In this document: piece after piece, positions 40,122 through 53,084 of the stretch
Numbering within the stretch: position 1 is the first letter of the stretch
Layout: each line of letters starts with the position of its first letter
From: Kudoa neothunni
Lineage: Eukaryota > Animalia > Cnidaria
Length of the DNA: 64,000 nucleotides
Direction: 5' to 3'
Assembly: GCA_964304625.1 (NCBI GenBank)
Contig: OZ199838.1
Span: 9,389,245 to 9,453,244, forward strand
Notes under the pieces: model-generated
Told to the model about the DNA's origin: nothing
Databases searched by the model: none
The model's input: only the letters and a program-made list of their open reading frames with translations
Translations under genes and position numbers: made by a program

Positions 40122-41483
40122 CCCTTCATGTACGGAGAAAAAAAGTTCAGCATGTACCCAGTGGATATCTCAGAGACCTCAAGAGAAATTAGCTTGAACA
40201 TATTTTTGTTAATTTATAAATAGATAAAAATACCTTAAAACATATTTATAAGATATTTTAACTCATCAACATTTCATATATCAGCATTGATAGTTGGTTA
40301 TGAAACTTGATTAATCGGTTGATATGCCAGAACTTAAATATCAAATTATATCAAAATAAATTTTTCCTGACATTTTTTAAAATTTTACACATTTCCTATT
40401 TCGGAAAACGCCTAATTCCGAATAAAAATTTTAAATTCATAGAAAAAGGAACCTACAAACCTAACACAATATTATCAATATATTCAGCTAAAGTCTGTAC
40501 ACGGAATCATTCCCAAGATATGGGAGCACCTTTATCTCAAAATCTATTTCTTACCTCCTGTGTTGTATTAAACGTCCCTCTAACCCCATTAACCAATTAA
40601 ATGAATTTTAAAAATAATCATATTCAAGCGCCAAATTCTACAACAAAACAACAACCAACGGACCACGATAATTATGAATTAATCTTCGTTAATCCTTATC
40701 TCATAATCTCGGTTTGAAAGTAACAAACCTGAGGTCAAATTATTGAGAAACAGTTAGTATAAATATTCATAATAAATATAAATGAATAATTTTCAATTGC
40801 AAAAATGATTTGTATGGCAGTGTTTCCCACCGGTGTGGAGTGAAAAAATTTTAATTGGACGTAGAAAATCCTAAGTTTTGCTGTTGACACGAGTAGTGGT
40901 GAGACAATTAGACAGTATGACGTACTTTTAAGTCAATATCGCGATTTTCGATATCGCATATTTTAGGTGACGATTAAAATCATAAAAAATACAACAAGCA
41001 ACGACTAATTACTTGAAAATTGATAATATTATTTGAGGTGTCCTTCACCCAAATGGAATCAGGATGGTTCGAATCTCAATTTTGTCTCAATTAGAATCGT
41101 ATATTCCCATTTTTTGATTTAATCTATTATATTTTTGATCAATTTTATATTTAAATGATTTATTTTCGATTCATTAACCTTGTATACACAAAAGTCTTTC
41201 CCAATGAAGGTTGAACTACCGCGAGATTCACTTGATTCTGTTTTTGACCGAATGAAGAACTTAAGATGTTAATTTTTAAGGTCCATAGAGAAATAATGTT
41301 AGATCTAATCGGATACATTTTAATTTTAATGAGAAAAGAAGTATATACTAATTTCTTTAAAATTTGAATATGATATGGAATTTTATTCAAAGTTATAAAC
41401 AATTTAAGTCAAAAAAGTCAATACTTTTGAAAAAGTGGGGCACAATAGAAAAAGGTTTTGGAAATATTGTGGTAGAGGAAGGT
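40122..41483. mobile_element. Probable non-autonomous piggyBac-type element interrupted near its right end by a MITE
   Basis: TTAA|CCCTTCATGTAC at left; (rc) TTAA|ACCTTCCTCTAC at right; imperfect match. Confidence 0.45.
40818..41469 (+). mobile_element. hAT-type MITE family A, copy 1
   Basis: CAGTGTTTCCC...GGAAATATTG; colinear with 58168-58907; TSD degraded. Confidence 0.85.
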
Positions 41484-42080
41484 TTAACTAGATTTGCTAA
41501 TAAGCACTTTGTATTCAGGGTTATATAGACGAAAAATCAGTAAAAACTTTAGAGCGCCAAATGTTATCTACATTTTATGCTTAAACCTCATTGAGTTTGA
41601 TATGGTTCTGAGGTGATCCTAAATTTTCTGTGATCATGCCATCGAACAAATAACAAACATTGGCTTATCTAAAGATGCAAGCCTGTCACCCAACTATTTA
41701 TTTCTTGAAATTGGATAGTTGTTTTGTAACTATATTTAATATTTTTTAAATAATATCTACGAAAGATTTTGATCTTCTAGTTAAACTTTGTATGTCCCCT
41801 AATAGTGTATATTGATAATATTTTTAATTCCAACATTTCAACCAAAAGAGCTTGTTAAAAAAACCTGAGCACAATGCTCCAACCATTATTTTCAAAACTG
41901 AATCAAGCATGTGGTCTAAAACCGAACACTTCGTGCAAAAAAATTAACGTTCATGAAATCATGAATATTTTAAAATAATTTCATAAAAAGATATTTATCA
42001 ACAAATTAGGTGTGTTTGCTAGCTTTTCTGCTTATGTTACATTCCAGTCTGGCAGAAAATAGGAGCCAACACGATATAAC

Positions 42081-43446
42081 TTAACGCTTATTAGAACGAC
42101 GTCTGTGTTCACGACTACTGGACCTAGACCTTGAAGGTGACGAGTGTGACCTTGATCTACGATGGCTGTGACGATGACGACGTTTGTTGGAGCGTGAGGC
42201 GTCTCGAGACACATGTTTACGACGGTTATCATCCGAGCTTTCATCACGATCATATGAATATTTTCTATCCCTGCGTTTATCACTCTGCTGGTTTTCTTTG
42301 ATCCGCTCTTCGTGTCTATAAGATATTCGAAAAAATATGATGGCAATTTTCATATAGAAAGTCTTACTTTTTTTGATCATATTTGGCGAGCTTATCCTTT
42401 AAATCACTTTGTACAGGCACCGGTATTCTTGGAAATAAAGTATCGAACCAATCAATTTGTGTTATCATATATCTAACCATGGATCCAATGGTCATTGGAC
42501 GACCCCCTCCAGCCTTAGGATCGATTGGCTATACAACATCCGGTCAAAACTCTCATTCGGTAAATAATCAATCACCTCATCATCATCCAAATACGGCTCA
42601 AACCAATCCCAAAATTCATTAGGTGAAGTGCAATATCTATTATTTAATATTAGAAAGTATTCCTATTCACACAAAACAACAGTAACATTAATTATAATTA
42701 GATGCAGAAGGATGGGTCATAGCATTTTAATGGGAGCAAAAATATAAATTTGATACATATCAGAAATATTCATCGGCAAACAACCAATAAAATGACGTTG
42801 AATGAATGATCCCCGTTAAACAATGTATTTTGTGTATGCGGACAGTTGAGAGTGTGAACAAATTTGCATCACCTTATATACAGAAACCCCAATCCACGTA
42901 TATACGGTGAGTCAACATGGTTGATCATTTGGTAGAGTTGATTTCTGGTGAGTTTCAACGAGAACAACTTATACAATATGCAGAAGGCGGTTGACGCTAG
43001 TCCACCAGCACCAACTCCTCTAACCTACAACAACAAAAATTAACGTCCGATCGACTCTCATTAAACCAAGTAACTGGCAGTACCGTTATTGGTTACACAC
43101 AAAATAAAATACCCCTCCTATTTGACGTCGTTGTGAGCCCAACCTTCTTGATCCTTTCTCCCAAGGTTCCAAATGATCTACCTAATTCCAAAATACTTTT
43201 TCATTGCACATCAACAAAGGATACCTTGTAATAAATTTCGTCAATGAGCTCGTAGTGAGTTTTGAATTTATGTAAATCCAATCTATAATACAAACTACTG
43301 GTTATATTTGATAGAACCATCTCATTAATGTTCATTGTAGTTTCGTTTCCCCATATTCTGATAGTGTTGGGTTTTTTTTTTCTGGGCAGCCTTCCAGTCA
43401 GTGCCAAACATGACCTGCGTGCGCGTCTTATTGATTACTGTTCCAT
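42081..43446 (-). CDS. PRPF38B: Pre-mRNA splicing factor 38B with RS-rich tail; five firm introns plus a tentative first intron
   Basis: WGNETTMN, VDHLEPWEKGSR, GGVRGVGAGGLASTAFCILYKLF, DSPYIRGLGFLYIRY, WFDTLFPRIPVP; start inferred at 43446 via a short intron. Confidence 0.93.
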
Positions 43447-43866
43447 TGCACTTCAGCACCTTCTTATATCTTGTCACCATTTATGTGCTGGCTGAAATTT
43501 TTATATTTTTTATGTAGTGTAGAAATCGATTTAAAAAAATTAAATTTTGACATTTCAGTCGATATTTGTTTATAGGAGTATTTCAATATCTAAATTCAAC
43601 TTTTAGTTAAAAAGCATGCGATTATTAGTTTTATGTCTGCTCTACAGTTTTATTCGGTGGAGTATGATTCCGCATAAATTGCAATTGAGTTGAGGATTTT
43701 GTTCCATGTAAAGCTGAATTGGTTTGATAAAAAAAATCAGCTATGTAAATTAGAAATGCCGAGTATGGAGGCAAAAATTAAATATATGACAATTGAATTC
43801 TGTTCCTTGATATAAATAAGGTCTTCTATATCGAACTCAACATGGTCCATAATTAACCTATTACAA

Positions 43867-45036
43867 CAGTAGGTAACCGATTTTCCGTAACTTCCTGGGC
43901 GCGAGTGATAAAAAAATAAACCTATTTTAAAGAAATTAATTTCATTTATACAATCTATACTTTTATTGAAACAATAAGTTATTTTATGTTCATTGTAATT
44001 ATATTTTTAAATGTGTATGTCGTAATTTTATGATGTTAACTTATTATTTCATCCAGATAATCAATTCCTCTCTGTCGTATATTTCTTCTGCATATTTAAA
44101 TACATCTTTTTCTGCCAGAAATTCTACAAACCCCTTCATCTTCAGTTTCAGAATTCGCAGATTCAACAATCAAAAGAGTAAGCTGTTTCAAAGTATTTTG
44201 ATGTAGGCAAAATGGGCTCCTCTTGAATCATCTCGGAATGTCCAGCTGAGAGTTCTCTATTGCATAAATTAATATTTAATGAACACTCGCATTTATCGGC
44301 TGCAGGAAACTCATATTTTTTGAAGCAGTTAAATACAATATCCTTTGAAACATCGTCCCATGATTTTTTAATTAGGAACAATGTTTTAAGTGAATCTTGG
44401 GAGGATGTATTTATATCACTGCTAACTGCAGCAATATGGCTTCCTATTAAATTATTTTTATAATTTTATTTTAATGAGAAAATGATTCCAAAGACTAATA
44501 GTTGCAAAACGCTGGCTGAATTTTTTTCTCTCAACAAAACATAGCATTAAAAATAATGGACCTCTTTGTTGCTAGTAAAATAAGACAGTTTCATTCAAGG
44601 TTATAGATACAGTCATCGTTGTTACCTATAACTAAGTCATTCAATTTAGATTACCAATTTTCTACAAAACTTTAGTCAACATAAGAAGCATCATCATGGG
44701 CAGTGATATTTTTAAATTAAATCGTGATTTAAAACCAAGAAATTAACCATGAATCATTACTACGTGTAGGTTCAATTCTTTTGTCAATTGGTTCCTTTCA
44801 TGTATGATATCATGATCAGATAGTTCAACTTTTTTATCTCAAATAGTTCACACAGTCATGTACTATAGATGTCGTTATTTGAATACTGTTTAGTATACTT
44901 TTAAAAAATCAATAAATTTATATTTTAGTTTTATTATTTCCTCATTTTTAAATTTTTCAGACATTATAAATGTAAAAAAGGCATACCACCTAAGTCGTCT
45001 ACGGCTGAAAATTTAGGGAAAATCGGTTACCTACTG
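43867..45036 (-). mobile_element. pogo/Tigger-type element, internally deleted
   Basis: Perfect 20-bp TIR CAGTAGGTAACCGATTTTCC, TA on the right side; remnants LQLLVFGII and KKSWDDVSKDIVFNCFKK. Confidence 0.9.
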
Positions 45037-45161
45037 TATATAAGAAGAAAATGTTTTCCGCACATGCTACAATATTAATCGTTACATATCTCTCGTAGTG
45101 ATTGTATTGTGATATTTTTTGAGGGTACTCTTCTTGAAAAGCAAATACGTATTAAAATTTA

Positions 45162-46573
45162 TAGGGGTTTTCGAGCTTTAACAACATTGAGTCAGGCATT
45201 AGCAACACGTGTCTAAATTTGGAATCTAATTAGGTACAGAATTCATATTTATAATTCAGAAAATATCAAATGAGTGGTAATAATGTATAATATAGTTGAT
45301 TTGTATAATATTTATGAAATAAAAAAGATACCAATAACGATCCTCAAATTACATCCCCCAAAAAAAACGAGCTAGACAATCCCAAATGATACGAGGTCAA
45401 TGATTATTAACCAATGTGAAAAAAATATAGCAATTCCATAATTGCGGAAAACATCGTTGTACATCGATGTACCGTTGCTTCAATTGTAAAAGCCTACCTG
45501 ATTGACGGAAAGGTCGAATCTTTAAAGCGGGATGGCGATTATTCCACAAAGCTAGCCAATGATCAAAAGTTGTTGATTAGAAATTGGGCGGACAAAGACG
45601 CAACAAATACTCCCAAAGCCCTTCGCATGAAATTAATTGACGAATGTGGGGTAAGCGTAAGTGCGAGCACTTATAACAGATGCTTGAAACAATTCCACTA
45701 TTCGTTAAAAATAATTACAATTGTCCCCGAGCGAAGGAATTATGAGAGTACTTTAGAGTGGCGCCTTGTGTATGCTCAAAACTTCAACGCAAAAATTTTT
45801 GAGATAGAAGATAAAAATTTCATTTTCATTGATGAAGTTGGCTTTAGCGTATCGACACGAACTAGAAAAGGATGTTCCCTTGCTGGTACGCCAGCTTACA
45901 TTCCCGTTGGCGGCATTAGAACAAGGAACATGTCCGTTATAGCCTCTATGAGTAAATACTATATGGTATTTTATAAAATTAATCGGAGACCAGTGAATTG
46001 AGAAGATTTTAAAGAATACCTTATTGAGCTGGTAGATTTTTGCCATTCGATCGAAGTAGATAATCCATGCTTCGTATTGGACAACGCGAGAATTCATCAC
46101 TATCGTGAACTTGCGGATGTGCCAAACTCTATGCAATTAAAATTGGTGTACCTATGTCCATATTCGCCATTTTTTAACCCGATCGAAAATGTTTTCAGTA
46201 AGTGGAAGAACCATGTTACACGGGGTTTTAGCAAGGGATGAACCTGATCTCTTAGACCAAATAGAAAATGGGTTCAAAATTATCATCCCTGATGATTGTT
46301 CCGGATACTATTGGAAGATGCTTCGATATGTTTCCGGATGTCTCAACAGAGAAATTATTATGGAATAAATATAAAATTTTATCATCCTTAAGAAGATCAT
46401 ATATTATATCCTCCTGATTTGACATTATTATTTTATACGCACTTCAAAACAATGGAATTTGTAATTAATCTTGAGCCACATTTAGTTGTTGTGTTAATGT
46501 AGTAATGTTTATTTCTTTTATCAGTTAATGCAGCCAACCCTTAAATCGTGTTGTTAAAGCTCGAAAACCCCTA
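45162..46573 (+). mobile_element. IS630/Tc1-mariner element, DD34E transposase with stop and frameshift
   Basis: 25-bp TIR TAGGGGTTTTCGAGCTTTAACAACA, TA flanks; FIDEVGF, LDNARIH, YSPFFNPIENVFS with 34 residues between D and E; TGA at 45999. Confidence 0.95.
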
Positions 46574-47719
46574 TATATAGTTGGAAGTTTCAAAGAGATT
46601 TAAAGAAAAATATTATTCGTACATATGGTCTCGTCAACAAACACACGGCATTTCTATACTACATTTTGAGTATATGGTAATAATCATAACCTAGAATAAT
46701 TGGTCACAATATTATTGCTTTGAGAATAGTAATGAAAATTGCCAAATCTGAATTTATTGAACACTTATATTATATGTTGTTATTTTTTTAATAATAACAT
46801 TTAACATAAAATAGGTTCTGGATGAATTTATAAACTATAATTATCTGTGGAATGGAATAGCATCCAAAGCTATAGTTTATTCCTGTCTACGCAAAATAAT
46901 GATAGAAAAAAATAAGTGCTAATGTTTTATTCTATGAAAGCCTAGTGTATATAATTTTTCTCCATTCAAAATATAATAGTTTAATTGAAGGTTGTTGTAT
47001 TTTTTTAATATTAGGGCAAATGAAACTTTTGATGGGGGGTAAACGATTAAAATTATTCGTAATATTTATATAAAAATTTATAGAAACATTATTTATTTTT
47101 GGTATATTGATTTTAAATAGAAAATATACTAAAAACAGGTGTTCTACTGTTATAAAAACCTTTTATTTCTAACAATTAGGGATTTTTTACAAAATACTAC
47201 AATTTTTAATACGTGATATGTTTAAATATACTTTTATTATTATAAGGATAAACAAGGATTTCTTGCATAATAATGACTCAATATAAATCTGTTTCAGTTA
47301 TTATCGGTAATTTTAGATAGCGCTAGCTATCTTAAATCACCTCGATTGAAAAAAAATTTACATTTTTAATTATAAATAGAAAATTAACGTATCTCAAATT
47401 TTAACATTGTTACCCTCATAAAAATATTTATATAACGAATATTATAATTTATAATTATGTAATAGAAAAGATAGTCCATTAAGCTGGAATTATTTTTTAT
47501 TCATAAGTTTTAGACTGAAAACAACGTGTCTTATTTTAACGATTCATAAAAAGTAAAAAAATATATTTTACATGAATAATCCATTAAGTAATTAGCTTTA
47601 GAAGCCAGAAAAAATTAGAGAATATTATCTAAATAATAATTGTATTAGCAAATTTTTATTTCATCGATCTATAAATTTTCCGCGAAAATTATTTAGATAT
47701 AATGGGGAATCGGCACTTG

Positions 47720-48030
47720 TCGATTATATTCGGTTCGTTATTTATGTCTTCGTGCCGCTACTTCAATTATTTTAAAAACAGTTATTGATAATGTTGACAT
47801 CCAGTTATTCCTATTTAAGTAAGAACCATTCACAAAGATAGTTTGAAGACTTATATAACCAATGACATTTGTAAATACCTTTTGGTATTTCTTTTTTTGT
47901 CGATTTTTTTCACGACTCCTTTTAACAAAGGGAAAAAAATGTGCAGTACAAAACTTCAGCCTCAACAAGTGAGTTCGAAATTTTTGCCATATCTCATTTC
48001 GAGCCAAATCGCTATTTAAAATCACTTAAA
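47720..48030 (-). pseudogene. Possible MULE transposase remnant
   Basis: Weak D...KFCTAHF (CxxH) and RT.. motifs in ORF 47738-48025. Confidence 0.25.
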
Positions 48031-48681
48031 TATTTTTCAACATAACTATTTCACCCAAACATGAGTTAAGTGCTCAATACAATGACGTTGCATTTTACAA
48101 TTTTAAAAAACGGATTTATTCATATGGAAATTCGTGCAATAGTTCCAACATGAAAAATTAAAAAAATGTTTAATTTTAGTGTTTTAATGTATTTAATAAC
48201 TTTAAAAAAATTATTAACTATTGTATTTATCATAGAATTAAAAATTAAGCATGGTAATCATCAAAATATAAAATAGTCGTTTCTAGAGCTTTTGTGGATA
48301 AATAAAGTACTAAGAGTATATACTATTTTCTTGCTAGTCCGTTTTAATAAATGTTACAAATCTCAATTTTTTATATGAAACGTTTTTTACAAATACTTTT
48401 TTAAATGTGACCATAAAATGATTCAAGGACGAAAATTGGACTTTACAATTTTTTTATTTTTTCGCCACATAATCCGTATCTGTACATCCAAAAACTCCGT
48501 ATTATTGAATTCAAGTAAAAATTCCCCTAATATCACTTATTTTCCGTGATGATTTAAACAAAATTATTTGTTAGATGTATTTCTGATTGGACGCTAGCAT
48601 TTAATTATTTATTTATACACATTGATTTTAAAAATTTTTCTTTCATGAGATTCCGAAAATGTTCCGCCGAAAACATTACTA

Positions 48682-49602
48682 CAGTCTCGCCTCGGTACTG
48701 CGCAGTAAATTGGGACCGCCAACTTATTACGCAATACAAAATTAACCCGCGGACTGAAATTAGCGCATGCGCATTGCGTAAAAATCGATCAAACCATTTA
48801 TTGACTCATTTTTAAACATAAATTCATTTGTATAAAATTTTGGGTTTTTCTCGCTTTTATTTTATTTTTAGAGAAATTTCACATCATTTTATCTGCATTT
48901 CTCTTTCTTTTAGAATAGCCGATTTTCGATCCATAACAAGAGGTGAATCACGTAGACCTGGATCTTCGCTTACAAAAGTTTGTCTAAGAGTTCTTAAAGC
49001 ATCCTTAATTTTAGATGTTTATACTTTGACGACTAATTGTTCCTTTTGACACTTATCATCAGAGTTATTGGCGCATGGCCCGATGTTAAATCAAACCACT
49101 AATGAAGTCTCACATTCATTCACGATTTCGTTTGTTAAAAATGTCGCAGCTGGAAATTATTTTTTCTGTCGAAAAGATTCGACCGAGGGTTGAATGTTCT
49201 TTATATTTAAAATATATTTATTACTAATACTTTATTATTCTATTACTAAAATCAAATTTCCAAGCGGTACATTTTTGAACTCCTCATTCACTTAATTGAA
49301 TTATAATAACTGACAATTTTAAGTTTCTCGTCAATATCCTTCAGTAAGTTTGACATGGTACAATTTACTGCGCATTGTCGAATCAAAACGGGTCTTCCGG
49401 ACCCTAGAATTGCTACGCAATACAAAATTATTACGCAAAACTGAGCAATTTCATATTAATTTGTTTATGCATAAATATTTTTACATATATATATATATAT
49501 TACGAGATAATAATGTGAAGATTATTTAGCAGTACACAAATTTATAAATAATTAGAAAATTTCTGAAATATTGGGCTACTGCGCAATATCAAAGCACGAC
49601 TG
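48682..49602. mobile_element. Tc1/pogo-type MITE
   Basis: TA flanks; imperfect TIR CAGTCTCGCCTCGGTACTGCGCAGTA / (rc) CAGTCGTGCTTTGATATTGCGCAGTA; internal TACGCAATACAAAATTA repeats. Confidence 0.8.
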
Positions 49603-52363
49603 TATTGATTGAATAAAAGATCAAATGTATACTGGTATATTTCACACAGTTTATTAATAAAATTTTACATTGTGTTATTGAAATAAAAATCGAATTCTAC
49701 TTCCTTTAAATAGAAATATTATGTATTAACTCCGTATATTTAGAAATAGAATTTACGCTGATATTCTAAACGATTATAGCATGGAATGCAAAAACTAAAT
49801 GCAGAACAGTATCTAATTTAACTCGTGACTATGTTCATAATAAGACTTATATTCTTAAAATAATTTAAATTTACAAAATTTAATTTTATTTCACCTTAAA
49901 TCTGACATTTTATTAAAAAATCTCAAGAACCAATGCTATCACTATTAAGTTATATCTACCGAAAAGATACGAGCTCAATAGCTTTATAATCCGCGCGCAA
50001 GTGCAAGATCCTATTGAAGATTATTTTTGGCGTGATAATATCAACCAACTATTTTTTTCCCCGCGAACAAATCTTCAAATCGACCATTTGCGGCTTTACT
50101 AGTTTTCATACTTAAGAAAACTTTACACCGAATGGATAATTGTAAAATTTTATCATTCATTAACCCAATTGTATAAAGGGTATTACTCCATATCTTGCGT
50201 TAGATAAAAAAGATAGTACAAAAGCCACCGAATTTTATATTAATATCGGGAAAAATTACAAAGATAAAAATGTATAGACCATATTATTAATATACATTCA
50301 CGCAAAAAGATAATATAAATATTACACAATAAACTAATAGCGCATAATCAATTCCTTTATATAATCAAAGTAGATTTATACAACAGCTAATCAAGCATTA
50401 GTACAATTGTGTGGTTGGTGTGGCATCTGATATAAGCCGCGTTTTAATATTAATTCTTATAAAAATCCATTAATACACATCAACTAAGCCGCCACGGCGC
50501 ATTATATATTTAAGAATTAATTTAAATAAATCTGAATAAGGCCATTTTCCCACAAGAACACAATCTTTTATCAGCTTCAACGGATGGATGTGAACTAATT
50601 AAATAAAATTCAGCTTAACCAATGCAATTGGGATAAACAAAACAAAGTAGCTTAAAATGTATAATTGTTTTTTGGATTGTGATTTATTATTAAAAAAGGT
50701 ACCAGTTGAGCAGGTTGGCTGATTTCTACAACATTGTTGGGGATTATTTGGTGTTGGTTGTAGGATGAGGTTGTAATGAATTATTTTGTAGCACTTCGAA
50801 TCGAAAATTTTCTTTTTTAAACTAGTAAAATAATTTCTCGGCTATTATTCGATTAAAATGGATCAATCATGTTAATATTTATTGAGTTTAATCTAGAACA
50901 GTCACGATGTGAATTCGGCGGGAGTGGGGATTATTAGCTGCAGTTTGTACATTGCTGTAAACAATTTTAATTGGTATCTCTTGGCCAACCCGAATGATCC
51001 AACTAACGGAAAATGTAATTGTAACTGCGCCAACAAATCAAACTATTATGGCATAAGTTAGCGGCATGAATTACATTTTAATCTGATCGGACAAACATTT
51101 CCAAGCCATTATTAAGTCATATTTGAATAATTATTCATTTTGCAATGAATCATTCAATTTATCTATAGAGAATAGGTAGCCGCCCGGTTAAACCGTTTTA
51201 CCATACCGCGAACGATTGAATTCTAACGTTGTTCGTATAACATTGTTGAGGAGGTCACACGACCGGCAATTATCCTACTGTTGATAGGCGACTTAAACAA
51301 ATCCCTGTACAGATTAGGCGCGAGTGTTTATCATCAATTTCCTTACCGCATATTTTTTCAATTGATAATTTTTTCCGTGTTTGATTTGTGTTAAATTGGT
51401 TTTTGTTCCATCATCTCAAAAATTATCTTCACATTTTCTATCTTCAAGGTATTTCATCAGTCGTACTGTATTCATGGTGAATGTTTTCTACCACCTTCTC
51501 TCCATATTTTTCACTTATGATCTGAGCGATCGATCAATTATTTACGTTCATTAATTCGTATTCTCTATTGGTGCGTGTACATTGGTTGGATAGCACTTTA
51601 ATATCTCATATAATTATTATTATAATGTTAATATTTTACAATAGTTGAGTGTATTGAAACGATTAAAATAACTATCGATCGCGATGTAATATCGTTATCG
51701 GTAAAATTTTGATCAATATAACCATGGTGATACCAGTGGAACCTTAACTTGTCCCAGTTACACGCACTCTTAAATTGGATAGATGATGTGTTTTGATCAA
51801 ATATTTATTTGAATCACTAGGCAACCATTTATATTTACATTTGGCGTAGGTAGAGGTCGAACTTTTACTCGCCTACAAACTTACCCCTTAGGATAACTTG
51901 AGATAGTGGTAATTCGCATCACCGTGAATACATTTTTATTGTGATCAAATGAACTGAATTTCACTAATTCGATGCATTATTATAGGGTGAAAATTTGCAA
52001 TCAAAAAAAATTGTGTCGAACTATATCTTTCATAATTTTGCATGTAAACAATTCTTGAACTTTGTCCAGCCACTGATTCTTTTGAATGTTTAACTGATTG
52101 TGATGATGTAGGTGTTTGAACGTTGCTGTTGATCTGAAAAACTGAATACAAAGAAGCGACCGATGAAACCAGCCAATATACTGAGAAATAGTAGTTTTTT
52201 AATTAGTATGTGTTGTTGAAAATCTATGCACCCATTTAGAGTGTAAATCGCCTGGATCAATATATAAACGTAAAAGGTGAGTTATTTTTTGTGATTGACT
52301 GACAAGCGTGGGCGTTAACGCATCAAATACATAATCAGAGTTCATTAAATCTTTGCTGTAGAC

Positions 52364-53084
52364 CAGTGTTTCCCAAACTTTTTTTTATCAGGCACCATTT
52401 TTGGCTGATAAACAATTTTGCGCCCCCGCTTCTCAAAAGTATTGATTTTTTAATTTAAACTGTTGATAATTTTGATTCAAACTTCATATCACACACAAAT
52501 TTGAAAATAATTAGTACGTACTTCTTTTCTCATTAAAATTAAGATGTATTCGATCATATCTAACTTTATTTATCGATGAACCTTAAAAATTAACATCTTT
52601 AGTTCTTTATCCCATTAAAAATAACATTAGGTGAAACTCTCCGAGATCTAGCCCACATTAAGCAAGAATTTCATGTATATGGGTCTTATAAACCCAAAAG
52701 TATTAATCTAGAAGGTAAATTAATAAATATTGTATTAGGTTCAATCAAATGCAGGGGAAATCACAATTTTAAATGGGACAGGATTGGGATTAAACCTTTC
52801 CGATTCGATTTGGGTAAAAACCATGATAAATGTTATTGTATATTTTTATATAATTAATCATCGCCTTGGTATTGGTTTGTGATATTAATGGTTAATAAAA
52901 AATAAACGAGATAAAAAATCGAGGTATTGATCTTAAGATGCCCCACATTGTCCAATTATCTAACCATTATCCTTGCCATATAAATGCTCAGAATTTTCCG
53001 CGTCCACCAGAGGCGTTCACTAAACGTTCTAAAATTTCTATTTCCCACATAAATTTTTCCACGCACCCACGCTGGGAAACACTG
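52364..53084 (-). mobile_element. hAT-type MITE family A, copy 2 (inverted)
   Basis: CAGTGTTTCCCA...TGGGAAACACTG; TSD CTGTAGAC/CAGTAGAC (7/8). Confidence 0.9.

Noticed and set aside
42032-42622. ORFs 42032-42346 and 42383-42622
   Set aside because: Alternative-frame and antisense shadows of PRPF38B.
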